Notes under the pieces: model-generated
Told to the model about the DNA's origin: nothing
The model's database searches: none
The model's input: only the letters and a program-made list of their open reading frames with translations
Shown here: piece by piece, positions 38,079 through 47,374 of the stretch
How the letters are laid out: each line of letters opens with the position of its first letter
Numbering within the stretch: position 1 is the stretch's first letter
DNA from: an uncultured Candidatus Saccharibacteria bacterium
Lineage (GTDB): Bacteria > Patescibacteriota > Minisyncoccia > UBA6257
Length of the DNA: 64,000 bases
Direction: 5' to 3'
Assembly (NCBI GenBank): GCA_964618625.1
Contig: CAZUBI010000001.1
Span: 65,940-129,939 of the forward strand
Program-made: the position numbers and the translations under genes

Positions 38079-39401
38079 CTACTTATTTGTTATTAATGTC
38101 TGCAAAAATATCCTTGTGATATACAAAGCGGTAATTAAACTCACACCCACTCCAATTGCCAATGTAACAGAAAACCCTCTTATCATACTTGATGTAAAAT
38201 AATAAAGAATTACAGCAGAAATTATTGTAGCGATATTAGAATCTCGAATAGCTGGCCATGATCTTTGAAAACCGTCTTCCATAGAAATCCTCATCGGTTT
38301 ATTTTTTTTAATTTCTTCCTTGGCATGTTCAAAAATTAAAATATTTGCATCCACAGCCATACCAATAGAAAGAATAAACCCGGTAATACCCGCTAAGGTA
38401 AGAGTCACTGGTAAGGCTTTAAAAATGCCCATTGTTAAAATAACATAGATTATTAAAGAAATTGAAGCCAAAAACCCCGGCATACGATAAATCAAAATCA
38501 TAAATATAAGAACTAAAACAAATCCTAAAAGGGCCGCTTTAGCAATTTTCTGAATCGATTCTTCGCCTAAAACAGCGCCAACTGATTGTTGAGAAATTAA
38601 ATTAATTGGGACAGGTAAAGCGCCTTGGTTCAATCTCGTTACTAATTCTTTTGCTTCTGATAAACTAAATCTTCCAGAAATCTGGGCCTTGCCTGAAGGA
38701 ATTTCTTCCCGTACTATAGGAATACTAATTGGATAATTATCTAAATAAATTGCTAGTGGTTGCCCTATATTCTTTTTTGTCAAAGCAGCAAAAATCTTTG
38801 TACCTTCATCATTAAATTGAAGATTAATTATAGGTAAAGAAGTATTTTGATCAAAACTCAATTCTGCTCTTTCTAAATATTGTCCTGTTAAAGAAGTCTG
38901 TTTAAAATATGGATCAGTCTGCATGATTCTTAAATCAGAATTTTCCTTTTTCGCTTCTTCCTCTTGTAATTCTAATATGGCTTTAGCCTCCTCTTCTGTA
39001 CGAACCTCTTTAAATTCTAAATAAGGAGTTTCTCCAATCATTTTTATTGCTTCTTGAATATCTTTAATTCCGGCTAATTCCACTATTAAACGCCATTTTT
39101 CTCCACTTCTATTTATTTGCACACGCGGTTCTCTAACCCCTGAATAATTTATACGCCTTTCTATTACATCTCTTAAACCATCCATTGCTGAAGCATAATC
39201 AGAAACTTCAATATTATTTAAATCAGCTTCGTAAAGTAAAAGTGTTCCGCCAGAAACATCCAATCCAAAGCTAAAAGACCTGTCAAAAAAACGGGGAAGT
39301 TCAATCCCCCTTTCTTTTAATCCATCAGGATAAACAAAAGCCCCCAATAAAATGGTGACTATAAAAATACCAATAATAATTAATAACTTTTTGTAGTTCA
39401 T
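38079..39401 (-). CDS. secD: protein-export membrane protein SecD
   Basis: SecD periplasmic domain plus 6 TM C-terminal region. Confidence 0.85.
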   Translation of the reverse strand: MNYKKLLIIIGIFIVTILLGAFVYPDGLKERGIELPRFFDRSFSFGLDVSGGTLLLYEADLNNIEVSDYASAMDGLRDVIERRINYSGVREPRVQINRSGEKWRLIVELAGIKDIQEAIKMIGETPYLEFKEVRTEEEAKAILELQEEEAKKENSDLRIMQTDPYFKQTSLTGQYLERAELSFDQNTSLPIINLQFNDEGTKIFAALTKKNIGQPLAIYLDNYPISIPIVREEIPSGKAQISGRFSLSEAKELVTRLNQGALPVPINLISQQSVGAVLGEESIQKIAKAALLGFVLVLIFMILIYRMPGFLASISLIIYVILTMGIFKALPVTLTLAGITGFILSIGMAVDANILIFEHAKEEIKKNKPMRISMEDGFQRSWPAIRDSNIATIISAVILYYFTSSMIRGFSVTLAIGVGVSLITALYITRIFLQTLITNK

Positions 39402-39494
39402 TTCCTAATTCTTTACAATCCTATCAAAAATTTTAATTAAGTATAATTTAACACAACTGTTATGGTTTGTCTATTTTCTGATTATATCATTATA

Positions 39495-39677
39495 TTAAAG
39501 CCCAATCTGAATAGATATTTTTAAAAAGAAAAAAATTATAATCCAAAAAATTGATGTGAATATTACTCCGGCTATAAAGCCAGAAAGAGAAGAAGCTAAT
39601 GTTTCACCTATTTTGAATTTAAATTGCCGTTGCTCTTCAGAAATAAAATCTCTGGAAAAATTCTGTAATTTATTCAT
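39495..39677 (-). CDS. hypothetical small C-terminally anchored membrane protein (60 aa) upstream of secD
   Basis: ORF only; no YajC-like features. Confidence 0.25.
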   Translation of the reverse strand: MNKLQNFSRDFISEEQRQFKFKIGETLASSLSGFIAGVIFTSIFWIIIFFFLKISIQIGL

Positions 39678-39739
39678 ATTTTTTTATTATTTATAAATAT
39701 ATTATTTATATCACTTTTATTATACCACAATTCTTTTTG

Positions 39740-39790
39740 AAAATAAAAAAGTCGCATCCCAACAGCTTTATACTGTGAGAGGGATGCGAC
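39740..39790 (-). terminator. bidirectional intrinsic terminator after fabD (10-bp perfect stem GTCGCATCCC/GGGATGCGAC flanked by A- and T-runs)
   Basis: Minus strand: AGTCGCATCCC-20 nt-GGGATGCGACTTTTTTATTTTC. Confidence 0.7.
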
Positions 39791-39799
39791 TGGTAGAAA

Positions 39800-40729
39800 C
39801 TATTTTGCTTTTTCTGAGAGAAAAGCCATCAGTGTTGCATAGTCTTGTATATTGTTGACCACAAAATTCTTGTCAATTTGTTTTATCAGTTCAGAGATAA
39901 CTTTTCCCGGCCCAAATTCAAGATAAGATTTGACTCCATTGTCTGTAAACCAATTTATACAAAACACCCATTTTACTAAAGATGTAACTTGTTTCACCAT
40001 AGTTTTTTTGATTTCTTCAGAACTGCCATGAGGCTGTCCAGTAACGTTTGCCACTACAGGTATTGAAAGAGGTTTTATGTCTATGCCGTTAAGAAAATTC
40101 TCCAGTTTTCTCGCAGCGGATTTCATCAATGAAGAATGAAATGCGCCTGCGACATTAAGTACAATCACGCTTCTGGCGTCCATCTCCTTTGCAATCCTCT
40201 CAGCCTCTGCAATGCCGGTTTTTTCGCCCGACAAAACCGTCTGTTCCAGTGAATTAAAATTGGCTATTTCTATCCCCGTTTTTTTGCAAATCTCTTCCAG
40301 TTTTTCCATGGGAAGTCCAATAATACTGACCATTCCACCCTGTTTTTCCTCACAAGCTTCCTGCATAAAACGGCCACGGGCTTCCAGTACACGCAAAGTA
40401 TCTTCAAACGAAAGACCACCTGCAACATGAAGTGCGGTCCATTCGCCCAGGCTAAGCCCCGCCATTCCTTTAAGCACCGGGTTTCCCGCTTCTTCTGCGA
40501 ACGCTGTGTAACAAGCCACACTGATTACAAAAATTCCCGGCTGACAATTACTTGATTCTGTCAGTTTAGATTTCGGACCCTCAAAACAGATTTTTGAGAG
40601 GTTATATCCAAGAACTGCATCAGCCTTATCAAAAAGCATTTTACATTCAGGGTATGCTTCAACAAGATCCTTTCCCATTCCAATATATTGCGCGCCTTGT
40701 CCTGCAAAAACAACAGCTTTATCGTTCAT
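39800..40729 (-). CDS. fabD: malonyl-CoA:ACP transacylase (FabD); start probably the internal Met (MNDKAVVFAGQGAQ), alternative start at 40819
   Basis: FAGQGAQY...GLSLGEW...AGAFHS are FabD motifs. GC content is visibly higher than the surroundings. Confidence 0.8.
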   Translation of the reverse strand: MNDKAVVFAGQGAQYIGMGKDLVEAYPECKMLFDKADAVLGYNLSKICFEGPKSKLTESSNCQPGIFVISVACYTAFAEEAGNPVLKGMAGLSLGEWTALHVAGGLSFEDTLRVLEARGRFMQEACEEKQGGMVSIIGLPMEKLEEICKKTGIEIANFNSLEQTVLSGEKTGIAEAERIAKEMDARSVIVLNVAGAFHSSLMKSAARKLENFLNGIDIKPLSIPVVANVTGQPHGSSEEIKKTMVKQVTSLVKWVFCINWFTDNGVKSYLEFGPGKVISELIKQIDKNFVVNNIQDYATLMAFLSEKAK

Positions 40730-40784
40730 AACTCTCTCCTTTCCCTGTTCAGGGTTTTTAAAAATTTTAAATGTGCAATCCACG

Positions 40785-40860
40785 CTTGGTGCCCCCAGGA
40801 GGAATCGAACCTCCATCAATAGCTTAAAAGGCTACTGCTTTTCCGTTAAGCCATGGGGGC
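40785..40860 (-). tRNA. tRNA-Lys (anticodon UUU), encoded CCA
   Basis: Hand-folded: acceptor GCCCCCA/TGGGGGC, D-arm GCTT/AAGC, anticodon stem GTAGC/GCTAT with loop CTTTTAA, T-arm GGAGG-TTCGATT-CCTCC, ACCA end. Confidence 0.8.
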
Positions 40861-40865
40861 AATAA

Positions 40866-41345
40866 TTATTCTTCTTTTTTGTCTTTTATTTTCTCAATCT
40901 TTTTTTCTAGTCGCTTTTCAAGCGGCAAAACAACAAAATTAATTAAAAGAATTAATATTGTGACAGATATTGCCAACCAATATAGTTCTAATCCTACTGC
41001 CGCTCCAACAGCTGCTGTTGTCCACATCATCGCTGCTGTAGTCAACCCCTCAATTTTGCCTTCTCTTTGCCTAAAAATGATAATTCCAGCACCTAAAAAT
41101 CCTATACCAACAATAATCTGCCCCAAAGTTCGTGAAGGATCTAAGCTTGATATTCCAAGATATTGGCTAAAACTCAAACGGGAAATCATTACAAATAAAG
41201 CTGCTCCTAAACTAATTAAAGAAAATGTTCTTAATCCTGCTGCTCTTTGAGCCCATTCTCTTTCAAGACCAATTAAAGCACCGAGCATAGCTGCCAATAT
41301 TAAACTCTTCAAACTTAAAATAAAAATACTTGACGAAATATCCAT
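40866..41345 (-). CDS. mgtC: MgtC/SapB family membrane protein
   Basis: GLEREW...GLRT MgtC signature near the N-terminus. Confidence 0.7.
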   Translation of the reverse strand: MDISSSIFILSLKSLILAAMLGALIGLEREWAQRAAGLRTFSLISLGAALFVMISRLSFSQYLGISSLDPSRTLGQIIVGIGFLGAGIIIFRQREGKIEGLTTAAMMWTTAAVGAAVGLELYWLAISVTILILLINFVVLPLEKRLEKKIEKIKDKKEE

Positions 41346-41386
41346 TGTAGAATACTATAGCACTAGAAAAATCAAAAATCAATAAT

Positions 41387-41947
41387 ATGATATCTACTTC
41401 AGATTTTGAAAAAGGAATGGTAATTAAAGTTAATGGCGAAGCTTGGCAAATCGTCAATTTTGAATTTTATAAACCTGGAAAAGGAGGAGCTGTAATGAGA
41501 ACTGAATTAAAGAATTTTCAAACAGGAAAAGTTTTACAAAAAACATTTCGCTCTGGAGACAAATTTGAAGAAATAGAAACAGAATATCAATCCGCTTTTT
41601 ATTTGTACAGCGATAGAAAATCAGCTTTTTTCCAATTGAAAGATAGTAATGAAAGAATTAATTTTCCTCTGGAAAAAGTAGAAAATTTGATTCAATTTTT
41701 AAAAGAAAAAAGTGAAGTTTCAATTATTTTTCTTGATGAAAAACCAGTTAATATTAATATTCCAATAAAAGTAGAGCTATTAGTTGTGGAAGCCCCAGCA
41801 GCAATTAAAGGAAATACTGTTTCGGGAGGTATAAAAACTGTCGTTTTAGAAACAGGATTAAAAATTAATACACCTCTCTTTATAAAAGAAGGTGATATAT
41901 TAATTATTAATACTGAAACAGCAAGCTATGTAGCAAGAGCAAAATAA
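41387..41947 (+). CDS. efp: elongation factor P
   Basis: KPGKGGA loop region and three OB/KOW-like domains; 186 aa. Confidence 0.85.
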   Translation: MISTSDFEKGMVIKVNGEAWQIVNFEFYKPGKGGAVMRTELKNFQTGKVLQKTFRSGDKFEEIETEYQSAFYLYSDRKSAFFQLKDSNERINFPLEKVENLIQFLKEKSEVSIIFLDEKPVNINIPIKVELLVVEAPAAIKGNTVSGGIKTVVLETGLKINTPLFIKEGDILIINTETASYVARAK

Positions 41948-41948
41948 A

Positions 41949-43721
41949 TTATTTAACTGTAACGCTTTTTGCTAAATTACGAGGTTTATCTGGATCTATC
42001 CCCTTTTCTAAAGCAATATAATAACTTAAAAGAAAAATCGGAATAATATTTACTAAAAGAGAAAAAATCTCTTCAACTTCTGGGACTTCAACAAAAAAAT
42101 CAAAATCTTTTTTCTTCTCAGGACCTATTCCAATAATGTAAGCGCCCCTGCTTTGTAATTCCATTGCATTTATTAAAGTATTGTCTTCTTCTTCGCCTTT
42201 TGATAAATGAATTATACAAGGAGTTCCTTTTTCTATTAAAGCAATCACTCCGTGTTTTAATTCTCCTCCTGCAAAAGCTTCAGTATGGATATAACAACCT
42301 TCTTTAATTTTTAATGCAGTTTCTAAAGTAGTTGGATAATTATAACTTCTCCCGATTACATAGATATGTTTTGTTGAAGATAATTTTCTGGCTAATTTCT
42401 TTATCTTTGTAATAAATAATTTATTCTTTAATAACTGGTTTATTTGCCAGCTTATTTTTTTTAATTCTTTTTCTCCTTTTTTATGCTGACCAAAAATAGA
42501 ATAGAAAAGCAAAATTATTAAACTTAATTGTGATAAATAACTTTTTGTCGCTAAGACACATTTTTCCGGACCAGCATTAATCATCAATACATAATCACTT
42601 ATTCTTGTTAAACTAGAGCCCATTACATTCACCAAAGACACTATTTTTATTCCTTTCTCTTTGGCTTTTTTTACAGCTTCTATTGTATCAATGGTCTCTC
42701 CACTTTGCGAAACAGCAATTAACAAAGTTTTTTTATCTAAAGTAGGAAGAAAATTTTTAAATTCACTAGCAGGACTAAAATTAGTTTGTTTCCCTACAGA
42801 TGAAAATAAATATTGGCCAGCTAAACAAGAATGCCCAGCAGTTCCGCAAGCTACAAAAAATAAACTAGAGCTTTTCTTAATCAAATCTGCTATTAATTTC
42901 AATTTCTTACTATCCTGCCAAACAGCTTTTTTTATGGCTTCTGGTATTTCTGTTATTTCTTTTATCATAAAGTGTGGATATTTTCCTTTTTCTGCTTCTT
43001 CTTGAGTCCACTTAATCGTATCTATTTTCTTTTTCAATATTTTTTTTGAAAATAAATTCTTAATATTGTATGTTTCATTATCAATAATATGCACCATATC
43101 CCCGTCATCTAAAAATATAACCTTGTTTGTTTTATTTAAAAAAGCTGGTACATCTGAAGCCAAAAAAAGTCCTTTATCACCTATTCCCATTACTAAAGGA
43201 GATCCTTTTCTAGTACCAATAATTTCTCCTGTTTTTTTATCTAATACCACAACAGCAAATAGACCTTTCAATCGGCGAAAAGTTTTTTCACAAGAAATAA
43301 CAAAACTATTATTCTTTCTATATTCTTCAATTAAATGAGGAATAACTTCTGTATCAGTTTGAGAAACAAAATGATGACCTTTTTTAATTAATTCTTCTTT
43401 CAGAATTTCATAATTTTCAACAATTCCATTGTGAACAACAAAAATATTTTTATCGCAGGAAAAATGAGGATGAGCATTTACTACTAAAACCTTGCCGTGT
43501 GTTGCCCAGCGACTATGGCCAATTGCAACAGAAGAATTTAAAAGTTTATTTTCCTCCTTAAACTCACCAATTTTTCCAACTTTTTTTAATAAATGAGCCT
43601 TTTGATTATTCAAATAAACAATCCCCCAAGAATCATATCCCCTGTATTCCAGATATTTTAAACCATTTATAACAATTGAAGTAGCGTTTTCTTTTCCTTT
43701 ATAAGCAATAATTCCACACAT
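41949..43721 (-). CDS. glmS: glutamine--fructose-6-phosphate aminotransferase
   Basis: N-terminal MCGIIAY (Ntn Cys) and two SIS domains; ends ...VTVK. Confidence 0.9.
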   Translation of the reverse strand: MCGIIAYKGKENATSIVINGLKYLEYRGYDSWGIVYLNNQKAHLLKKVGKIGEFKEENKLLNSSVAIGHSRWATHGKVLVVNAHPHFSCDKNIFVVHNGIVENYEILKEELIKKGHHFVSQTDTEVIPHLIEEYRKNNSFVISCEKTFRRLKGLFAVVVLDKKTGEIIGTRKGSPLVMGIGDKGLFLASDVPAFLNKTNKVIFLDDGDMVHIIDNETYNIKNLFSKKILKKKIDTIKWTQEEAEKGKYPHFMIKEITEIPEAIKKAVWQDSKKLKLIADLIKKSSSLFFVACGTAGHSCLAGQYLFSSVGKQTNFSPASEFKNFLPTLDKKTLLIAVSQSGETIDTIEAVKKAKEKGIKIVSLVNVMGSSLTRISDYVLMINAGPEKCVLATKSYLSQLSLIILLFYSIFGQHKKGEKELKKISWQINQLLKNKLFITKIKKLARKLSSTKHIYVIGRSYNYPTTLETALKIKEGCYIHTEAFAGGELKHGVIALIEKGTPCIIHLSKGEEEDNTLINAMELQSRGAYIIGIGPEKKKDFDFFVEVPEVEEIFSLLVNIIPIFLLSYYIALEKGIDPDKPRNLAKSVTVK

Positions 43722-43774
43722 ACATTTAATAATTCTTCATTTAAAATTTATAATTTTTAATCAATTCTCTAATT

Positions 43775-44596
43775 TTAAATTACCTTTAATATATCTTTGA
43801 TATTTTCACTCACATAACCCTGGAATAAAACCCTCACTGCCTCTTTTTCATAAGATGAAGTATTAGAATTAGCAACCAAAAAAATATTACAACCGAGTAT
43901 AGCCGGCAAAGCTAGATCCAGTTCAAAAATATCGCCTATTACTAAAGTTTGTCCCGATTTTACAGAAGTTGCTTTCCAAATTTGATTTAAGACGTCAAAA
44001 TATTCTTTTCTTCTTAAATAAATGACTCTATTCAAGCCATTTATTGTCAAAGTTTCAGGAACAGCATCAAGACTAGAATCAATAGAATATTTTTGCGCGT
44101 CGCCAAAAAGTGTAATTTTTTCTTTGCCTTGAGGATCTAATTTTTCTATTTTATTAGTAACAGCGCCTGAATTGGAATTAGTCACGATAAAAACGGGCAT
44201 TCTTTTAATCAATTCTTCTAAAACTTCTTTTGCCTGTTTTTTAAAAACAATGCCACTTTTTGTATAATTGCGCTGAAAAATCTGCTGAAGAATATCGTCT
44301 CTTTCATTTTTATCCATTAAAACTCCTGCTTTATCCAAAAGAGATTTGGCTATAACTGTTGCTAATACATAATTATCTACATTTGGAGGGGCAACAATCT
44401 TTCCTTTATATTTCCAACCATATCCATTAGGATTTTGTAAAATTTCTCTTTCTGTCTTTCTCCATTCTTCATCTATATCTTTCTTGTCTAATAGATTAGC
44501 AATATCCTTTTTAAAATTAATTAAAAATGGTTTTGCTTCTTCATTAGCCAAAGTTAAAGTGCCATCAAAATCCAAAATTACAATTTTACTCTTCAT
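43775..44596 (-). CDS. HAD-superfamily hydrolase
   Basis: ILDFDGTLT motif I. Confidence 0.6.
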   Translation of the reverse strand: MKSKIVILDFDGTLTLANEEAKPFLINFKKDIANLLDKKDIDEEWRKTEREILQNPNGYGWKYKGKIVAPPNVDNYVLATVIAKSLLDKAGVLMDKNERDDILQQIFQRNYTKSGIVFKKQAKEVLEELIKRMPVFIVTNSNSGAVTNKIEKLDPQGKEKITLFGDAQKYSIDSSLDAVPETLTINGLNRVIYLRRKEYFDVLNQIWKATSVKSGQTLVIGDIFELDLALPAILGCNIFLVANSNTSSYEKEAVRVLFQGYVSENIKDILKVI

Positions 44597-44639
44597 TTAA
44601 TAACAATTTTAATGCTTTGATTTTTAAACTGGAGTCATA

Positions 44640-44708
44640 AAAGGTTCGGAATGTTGTTGAGAGAACTATAGCGTTTAGCGTGTTTATGAAACAATATTCC
44701 GAACCTTT
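44640..44708 (+). repeat. family-A palindromic intergenic element, copy g
   Basis: aaaggttcggaatgttgttGAGAGAACTATAGCGTTTAGCGTGTTTATGAAACaatattccgaaccttt. Confidence 0.8.
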
Positions 44709-44716
44709 GTCAAAAA

Positions 44717-45076
44717 TTACCTTGGGTCTATTTTAAGCCCATCATTAAAACGACGAGGAATAATATGAATATGAGGACGATGAGCAACAACTGATTGAGC
44801 TGCTTCACCTTGATTAGTCAAAAAATTATACCCATCAGCTTTTATTTCCTTTATATGTTTTTCTGCTAAATTACGACCTAAAACACAAATTTTCTGCCAT
44901 TCTTGTTCAGGCATTTCTTCAGTATTAGAATAATGATTTTTAGAAAATACAACAATATGCCCTTCACTAATAGGGCTTATATCAAAAATAGCTAAAAAGT
45001 TATCATCTTCATAGTATTTTTTTGATGGAATTTCTCCTTTGACAATTTTACAAAAAAGGCAGTCTTCTTTTAACAT
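44717..45076 (-). CDS. HIT-family (histidine triad) hydrolase
   Basis: HRPHIHIIP histidine-triad motif. Confidence 0.7.
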   Translation of the reverse strand: MLKEDCLFCKIVKGEIPSKKYYEDDNFLAIFDISPISEGHIVVFSKNHYSNTEEMPEQEWQKICVLGRNLAEKHIKEIKADGYNFLTNQGEAAQSVVAHRPHIHIIPRRFNDGLKIDPR

Positions 45077-45097
45077 AATTTTAATATTTAAATTATT

Positions 45098-45166
45098 AAG
45101 GTTCGGGGATATTGTTGAGAAAACCGTAGCGATTAGCGTGTTTTCGAAACAATATTCTGAACCTTT
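45098..45166 (+). repeat. family-A palindromic intergenic element, copy h
   Basis: aaggttcggggatattgttGAGAAAACCGTAGCGATTAGCGTGTTTTCGAAACaatattctgaaccttt. Confidence 0.8.
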
Positions 45167-45177
45167 ATTAAAAATTA

Positions 45178-46188
45178 CTAAACTAAATTTCTTGCCTCTC
45201 CTTTTAAATAACCCTCAATATTCTCCATTGTAGTAATAACAATATTCTGAAGCGCTTCTTTTGTATTAAAAGCGTTATGCGGAGAAATAATCACATTATC
45301 CAAATCAATGAAAATATGATTGGCTAAAAGTGTTTTTAATTTCTCAGGAGGGATATTTTCTTTTTCTAAAAGCATTCTTTGTTCTTCAATTAAATCGCCT
45401 TCTTCTTCTAAAACATCCAATGCCGCGCCTCCTATTTGACCTTTCTTTAATGCCTGATAAAGCGCTTGCGTTTCTATTACTCCTCCTCTGGCAGTATTAA
45501 TAATATAAACTCCTTTTTTTGTTTTTGATAAATTCTCTTTGTTCAATAAATGATGTGTCTCTTTATTATAAGGAACGTGCAAAGTAATTATATCTGATTG
45601 GGACAATAAATCTTCGAAAGAAACATATTTAAAACCTAATTGCTCAGTTAATTCTTCTCTTGGGTATTTATCATAAGCAATCACTTCCATTGAAAATCCT
45701 TTAGCTATTTTTATAACCTCGGTTCCAATTTGTCCTGTTCCTATTATTCCTATGGTTTTTTCAAATAATTCTTCACCTCGCAACCCTTCTAAAGAAAAAC
45801 TTCCCGTTTCTCTAACACGATGATAAGAATTATAGACTTTTCTTATCAAGCATAAAAGTAAAGCAAAAGTATATTCAGCCACAGTATGGCTCCCATAAGC
45901 AGGAACATTAGATATCAAAATCTCTTTTTTCTTACAATAATCCAAATCAATATGATCAAAACCAGTAGAGCGCGTTGCAATAAATTTTAGATTTTCCAGT
46001 TGCCCTAATACCTCTGCTGATATTTGAGAACCAATAAAAGTAGAAATAATTTCATAATCCTTAAATTCTTTGGCATTTTCCAAAGTAAGCTTTTCTGAAA
46101 AAAAATCCACTTTCCCCAAAAAATCAGGATATTTTTGGAAAATTCCTTTTTCCCAATCAGCTGCTTCTAAAAAGATTATCTTCTTCAT
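45178..46188 (-). CDS. D-isomer-specific 2-hydroxyacid dehydrogenase (NAD-binding)
   Basis: GIIGTGQIG Rossmann motif and catalytic R/E/H region. Confidence 0.75.
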   Translation of the reverse strand: MKKIIFLEAADWEKGIFQKYPDFLGKVDFFSEKLTLENAKEFKDYEIISTFIGSQISAEVLGQLENLKFIATRSTGFDHIDLDYCKKKEILISNVPAYGSHTVAEYTFALLLCLIRKVYNSYHRVRETGSFSLEGLRGEELFEKTIGIIGTGQIGTEVIKIAKGFSMEVIAYDKYPREELTEQLGFKYVSFEDLLSQSDIITLHVPYNKETHHLLNKENLSKTKKGVYIINTARGGVIETQALYQALKKGQIGGAALDVLEEEGDLIEEQRMLLEKENIPPEKLKTLLANHIFIDLDNVIISPHNAFNTKEALQNIVITTMENIEGYLKGEARNLV

Positions 46189-47374
46189 AAATTTTAATTA
46201 ATCTATTGTATTTTACCATCCTTTCTTCTTGATTGGGAGCCCCGGCCTTTAATGCCCATGCTCCGCTTGCCCAAGCCAAATCCGCAATAAAATGATCATC
46301 AGTTTCTGCGCTTCTATGGCTTATAATAATTTTTAAATTATGTTCATTTGCCAAATCAATTGTTGATAAAGTTTCAGAGATTGTTCCAATTTGGGTAGGT
46401 TTTATAATTACTCCGGTAATCGCTTTTATATCTATAGCTTTTTTAACCAACCCTGAATTAGTTACTGTTAAGTCATCTCCAATTATTACAATTTTATCCC
46501 CTATTCCATAGACTAATTTTTGAAAATTTTCCCAATCTTTTTCTTCAAAAGGATCTTCTATAGAGAGAATGCCATATTCAGAAATAAGTTTTTTATATAT
46601 TTCGCCTAATTCTTCTTTTGAAAAACTTTTATCTTTTTCTAATAAATATATTCCCTCTTCTTTATCATAAAAAGAAGACGCCGCAACATCCAATGAAAAC
46701 TTTATTTTATCTTCTAAGTTTAATTCCTCTTTGATCTGATTAAGAATTTTTAGAGGTTTTTCATAATCATCTTCAGGAATCAATAATCCACCTTCATCGC
46801 CAAATTTATTTTCTCTATATTCTTTTTTAAAATATTCCTTTAAACCAGCAAAAAATATCTGGGCAACTTCTAAAGAAACCTTTGGATTATCAACTTGAGG
46901 CACAATCATATATTCTTGAATTTTCGGTCCATATACAGCATGTTTACCTCCGTTAATTAAATTAAATAAAAAAAACGGAACCTTCTTTTCAATAGAAACA
47001 GATAATTGTGTTTCTAAATATTGCCAAAGTTCCAAATTCTCTAATTTTGCAGCTAATCGGCAAAATGTTTGAGATAAAACCAAAATTAAATTTCCGCCAA
47101 GATTGCTTTTATTTTCCGTCCCATCTAATCTTAATAAATAATTATCAAAATCCTTTAAATTGGAAAACTCAACATCTATAATTTTATCCTTAATCATTTT
47201 AAATCTTCTAATTGCTGAATGCGGTTCTAAAATATAAGCCTCTTTTTCTCCCTTGCTTTTTCCTTGTGGAATACTAGAATTAACTTCAATATTACCACTC
47301 TTCATCGTGGCCTTTAAAGTCTCGTGCCCCCGTGAATCAAGAATTATTTTAAGAAAAATATCATCAATTTTCAT
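46157..47374 (-). CDS. eno: enolase (phosphopyruvate hydratase)
   Basis: Enolase fold motifs including ISHRSAETDD and N-terminal SRGHETLKA. Confidence 0.8.
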   Translation of the reverse strand: MKIDDIFLKIILDSRGHETLKATMKSGNIEVNSSIPQGKSKGEKEAYILEPHSAIRRFKMIKDKIIDVEFSNLKDFDNYLLRLDGTENKSNLGGNLILVLSQTFCRLAAKLENLELWQYLETQLSVSIEKKVPFFLFNLINGGKHAVYGPKIQEYMIVPQVDNPKVSLEVAQIFFAGLKEYFKKEYRENKFGDEGGLLIPEDDYEKPLKILNQIKEELNLEDKIKFSLDVAASSFYDKEEGIYLLEKDKSFSKEELGEIYKKLISEYGILSIEDPFEEKDWENFQKLVYGIGDKIVIIGDDLTVTNSGLVKKAIDIKAITGVIIKPTQIGTISETLSTIDLANEHNLKIIISHRSAETDDHFIADLAWASGAWALKAGAPNQEERMVKYNRLIKIYEEDNLFRSS

